From Botryllus schlosseri (Eukaryota), in assembly GCA_051294905.1 (NCBI GenBank), contig CM119375.1:9920001-9984000 (forward strand): 64,000 nt of DNA. The letters are read 5' to 3'. Shown one piece after another: positions 60,094 through 64,000 of the stretch. Made by a program: the position numbers and the translations under genes. The number at the start of each line of letters is the position of its first letter. Within the stretch, counting starts at the first letter, position 1. The notes beneath the pieces were generated by a model, which worked only from the letters and a program-made list of their open reading frames with translations, had not been told where the DNA came from and did no database searches.

Positions 60094-61347
60094 CAGTTGT
60101 TCCCAACGTGGGCGATTTGGTTGTCTAGGGGGCGAAAATAACGAAGGGGGGGATAGGGGGCGAAAACGGACGAAGGGGGCGATAGGGGGCGAAAACAACG
60201 AAGGGGGCGATAGCGGGGCGATGGCGCGTTAAGACGGCTATATTGGAGTCGGGACCGTAACTACCGCACCCCAAACCCCCCAATTAGCGGTGGGGGGCCC
60301 GAACTCGAAGGAGGCCAAAAATTATTTCGTGAATTAACATAAATTGTAGAGTAATTTTTAAGAAATTCATGCAACTTTGTCAAAAAATTTTCGCGCTCTG
60401 CGCGATTTTACATTTGCATATATCTTGACTTTGGGGTACCCGTCCCCCAACAAAAATACGCATGATTAATGGAAATGGGAGACTTCGGCGTCAGCCATTA
60501 CTGCGCCACGACGCACCAAGACATATGAAGTTAGAGGCCATGTAACATGCGACTCCGAGAAGTGTACCAGAACGATCAGCAGCGAGAAGACCTTGGCCGA
60601 AAAGGAATGCCCTTGTGCTGACCGAAAACTTCGATATATATACATACATGTTTAATTGTCCATATGTGCCTCAATGGCTGGCGTCGAATGTTCCTGTCCT
60701 GGCGACCTTAACCCTACAGGACAAATGCCATCCCGCAAAGAAAAAATTATTTGCCAGATAGCATCATGTAACGAAGTCAATATAACAACGATTCCGCCTA
60801 ATTTCGTGGCAAAAGCAAACAACGTGATGGGGGTCGGTTTATCACCCTATGGGAGCCCAAGACCAAAGTTTATTGAGGGGGCCTGACGAAGTGCTGTTTC
60901 GTTCCTTCCAACGGGTATACGCCCGAAGATGTTTAATTATTATTTAGGTGTGTCCTACCTTTTCCAACACACCACACTCAGCTCTACCGGTAAGTCTGAT
61001 TACGTGAGCAGAAAGAGGATGTAAAAATTCATAGCAATATATATGCAATTCCCGACCATATTGACCGATTCAAACATGAATTGTATAAATTTGTGGCACT
61101 TCACGCGTTTAGGCGAAATACGGTGACTCACCAAACAGTACATGAAATAGGGTATAGCTGATATGTAGCGAAAAAAATCCCACTGGCTGACAGGGGGTCT
61201 GAGGTGGTTTATCACCCTATGGGGCCCAAAGACCAACGTTTTAGGGGGTGACGAACTGCTGTTTTGCCGTTCCCAATATTTGGGGGGCGATGATCGGTGT
61301 GGAGCTTCAAAAGGGGGCGATGAGTCGAAAAAGGTTGGGAACCACTG
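60094..61347. mobile_element. Family A MITE (opposite orientation) containing a dimeric family B insert at about 60250-61275
   Basis: CAGTTGTTCCCAAC ... GTTGGGAACCACTG; perfect TSD TTTTAAAC. Confidence 0.88.
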
Positions 61348-64000
61348 TTTTAAACAAAGGCCATTTAAAAAAATGTGTGTTTTTTCGAGTTGTAAAATTA
61401 TGCCGTAATTGTGTAAAGACTTTCCAAAAAACATGTTGTATGAGCCTACGGACGATAACCACCCGATAAAGCCGACGTATACGATACGGGATGATTGGAA
61501 CCCTCATAATAGTCGGTTCAACAGCAATAGTACGTAGATATTTCGCCAAGGGAGCTATATACTTATCCTGTATTTTAAATTGTCAATGTCAAATCAACAT
61601 GACGTCACAACTGAATATTCGTTACGTGATGGTTAAAAAACAATACAAAGCATGTTTTAAACATGTCTGTTTTGAATTGATTTTTGTTTTGAATGCAACC
61701 CTATACATAACTAAAATATATTAAGATATTTTTTAGGCATTCATGGACTCGCATAGACATTGGCTATTTCTAGAAGTAAAACTGCAACTGCACCGGATAT
61801 ATAGCGGAAAAGATATGGCGCTCTATTTGAGAGAGCTCAAAGACCAGCGCATTTGCGATATATTTGCAACTAATTTCGACGTGATTGAACGTCTGGCATA
61901 TGAAACATGAAGTACGGTATCTAGGAAGTGTCGTACAATAGATATTCACTGAAATTAACCGCAATGGCCTAGCACGGGTAGCGTCCTTGAAATGGCATGC
62001 CAAGACCTAACAAAGCCCACCATCGTATTTGTGGGCACGAGATCTCGCCTCTACGTGGTTGCACGCACCGCTAAGACAAGGGTACATTCTATACTGGGTA
62101 GAAACAAGTCCATGACAACACAATGCGATTACCAGGGAGATATTACGGTTTTTGTCACGGTGATTCTCAAATAATGTCTATACAATTACAGAATGATTAA
62201 GACTCAGCACTGGTTGCCGAAAAAATCGTATATAGAACCAAGTTGTTCATTCTGTTTTTTGTAGGTATACCCCTACGTGGGTGACGTCACAAGTGCCATT
62301 ATTTGTTATGGCAGGATTCCGTTTTCCTTTTGTAATATTCTGTCATGGTCATATAGGCCTACTTGAAAAGGACGACAACGGCATGTCTACTCTGCATGTC
62401 TCCTCTACTAATCCCACTCTCATAAAAATAACTTACCATATTGATCCTCGGGTGCGTTGGTTTATCGCGGAAAGAAAATACATTTGTGGAATGATCTCTT
62501 TCCTGTCAGATTACTCATTTTGCGAAAACATTGCAAAACGCAAAGCCGGATGAAATGACTTAAATGTTTCTCCTTTAGAATTTGATAATTTTGCATATCC
62601 ACTCTGACGTAAACACTAAACAGCAGTCTTTATAAATATGTTGTAAAAAGGGAGCGACGAAGCATTACACTACTGTACTCAGTCTTGTGCAAGAGCTAAT
62701 ATATTCTAGCTATGGTTCAGTGCAGTGATGTCATAATAATTATCACGTGATGATGAAGTTCAAAATGGCTCAAAACACTCCCCATTATATACCATAGCGT
62801 CAATTGGAGTGTAAGTGGCTGAGTAGTTACCACCTTTATCGTGCGTTTCACTTGTCGGTGGGTATGAGTTGTTACTCATGCCAAGGATGAAGAACAGGCA
62901 ACGGCAGGTCAATACATATAGGTGTTCTCATTATGCCGCATGTAGGCGCCATTTCTAATGCATGCTATGAGATGGAAATACACGACATATAGCATTCAGT
63001 GTTTATCACGAATTTAGTCATAAAATGTTGCATGTATAACTATCCATTTCGACACACCACGCAATTGGTCGTTCCGCAGAATCATTGTAAAAGGGATGTA
63101 TACTGCGACAAAGATATGTTTTATATTGACGAAAAGCTACAAATATTATGTAAGGGACGAAGTAATCGCCGGCGTATTTGCTCAACTTCGGGTTACAAAA
63201 AAACTATTTCCGGAGCATTCGCTAGTTCCTCCACGACACCTAGACTGGAACTTGTCACATACAATAGTGATATACGCGGAGGATGCTCGGTCGTCGCTCA
63301 TCTTACGCATCGGCTTTAGACTTATGATCACGGCTCCATTGTATAAGCAACAGAGGGATATCTTGTAACTTGTGTTAATGCGAAATAGAGCTGGATTGAA
63401 CAACGCGAAGCTAAAATTCATCGAATTTTACGTAAAGGGACATGAGCATATAAACCTTCCGATATTCCTTGCAACGTGACTGATTGTTACTGTATAGCGC
63501 GCATTGATGTTACGTACACGGCGGTCGTAGACACTGAAAGTTTATTGTGTATTGACGCCATGAATGCGACAGTGTGCAATTTCCCTGGAAACATACGATC
63601 TATCGCAACTATAGTATAGCGGCGTGTGGACCTTCTTCGCAATACAGCGATCCATGTAATTCGACACGTCTATTTGATCCACGAGCAGAATTGGCTTTAC
63701 ATTTTTGTCTTACAAGCTGGAACTATTCTTTCTTGCATCTCTTGAAATTTCCGTTTCATAGAGTGTACGCTCACCGTACACTGCCCAGCGCATCAGACCG
63801 ATTCACGGATTTCCAGCGTTCTCGAGTTTTATTAAGTTCAAAACGTGACTGCCGCATCAATATTATTACAGAATACAAAGTTCAGCTTTTTACCACCGTA
63901 CTTACGGTTAGCTATATCATAACTGGAATTTGGGAGGTTTTCATCCGATTATGTATGCATAGTATTGAAGCGTTAGCTATGCGTCTGTTACACATGACCC

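Noticed and set aside
1-64000. CRISPR arrays, rRNA, genuine tRNA genes
   Set aside because: None seen. Regularly spaced repeats are TE subterminal arrays without unique spacers, and the only tRNA-like sequence is a SINE head.

Overview
AT-rich, intron-containing invertebrate animal genomic DNA; an ascidian/tunicate is my inference from gene content and repeat style. Almost all of the supplied ORFs are spurious; the real genes are spliced and mostly missed by the track. Genes: (1) the 3' end of a sulfotransferase-family gene at 2-136 and a complete 5-exon tandem paralogue (Sulfotransfer_4-like, tail-anchored) at 6834-13645 (+); (2) a cluster of three two-exon minus-strand genes encoding 46, 46 and 53 aa micro-proteins that are 35-40% cysteine (22788-23135, 28656-29328, 32135-40074), the most interesting signal in the window; (3) a 7-exon tetraspanin at 44581-54898 (-). 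Between and inside these genes is a dense, nested set of DNA transposons. These include one intact Buster/Charlie-type hAT (33950-36845, perfect TSD, 603-aa transposase) in the intron of the third Cys-rich gene, three decayed transposases (Buster-type hAT, a divergent hAT, Chapaev3-like), about 20 TIR/TSD-delimited non-autonomous elements and a tRNA-derived SINE. All calls were read by eye; no database searches were run.
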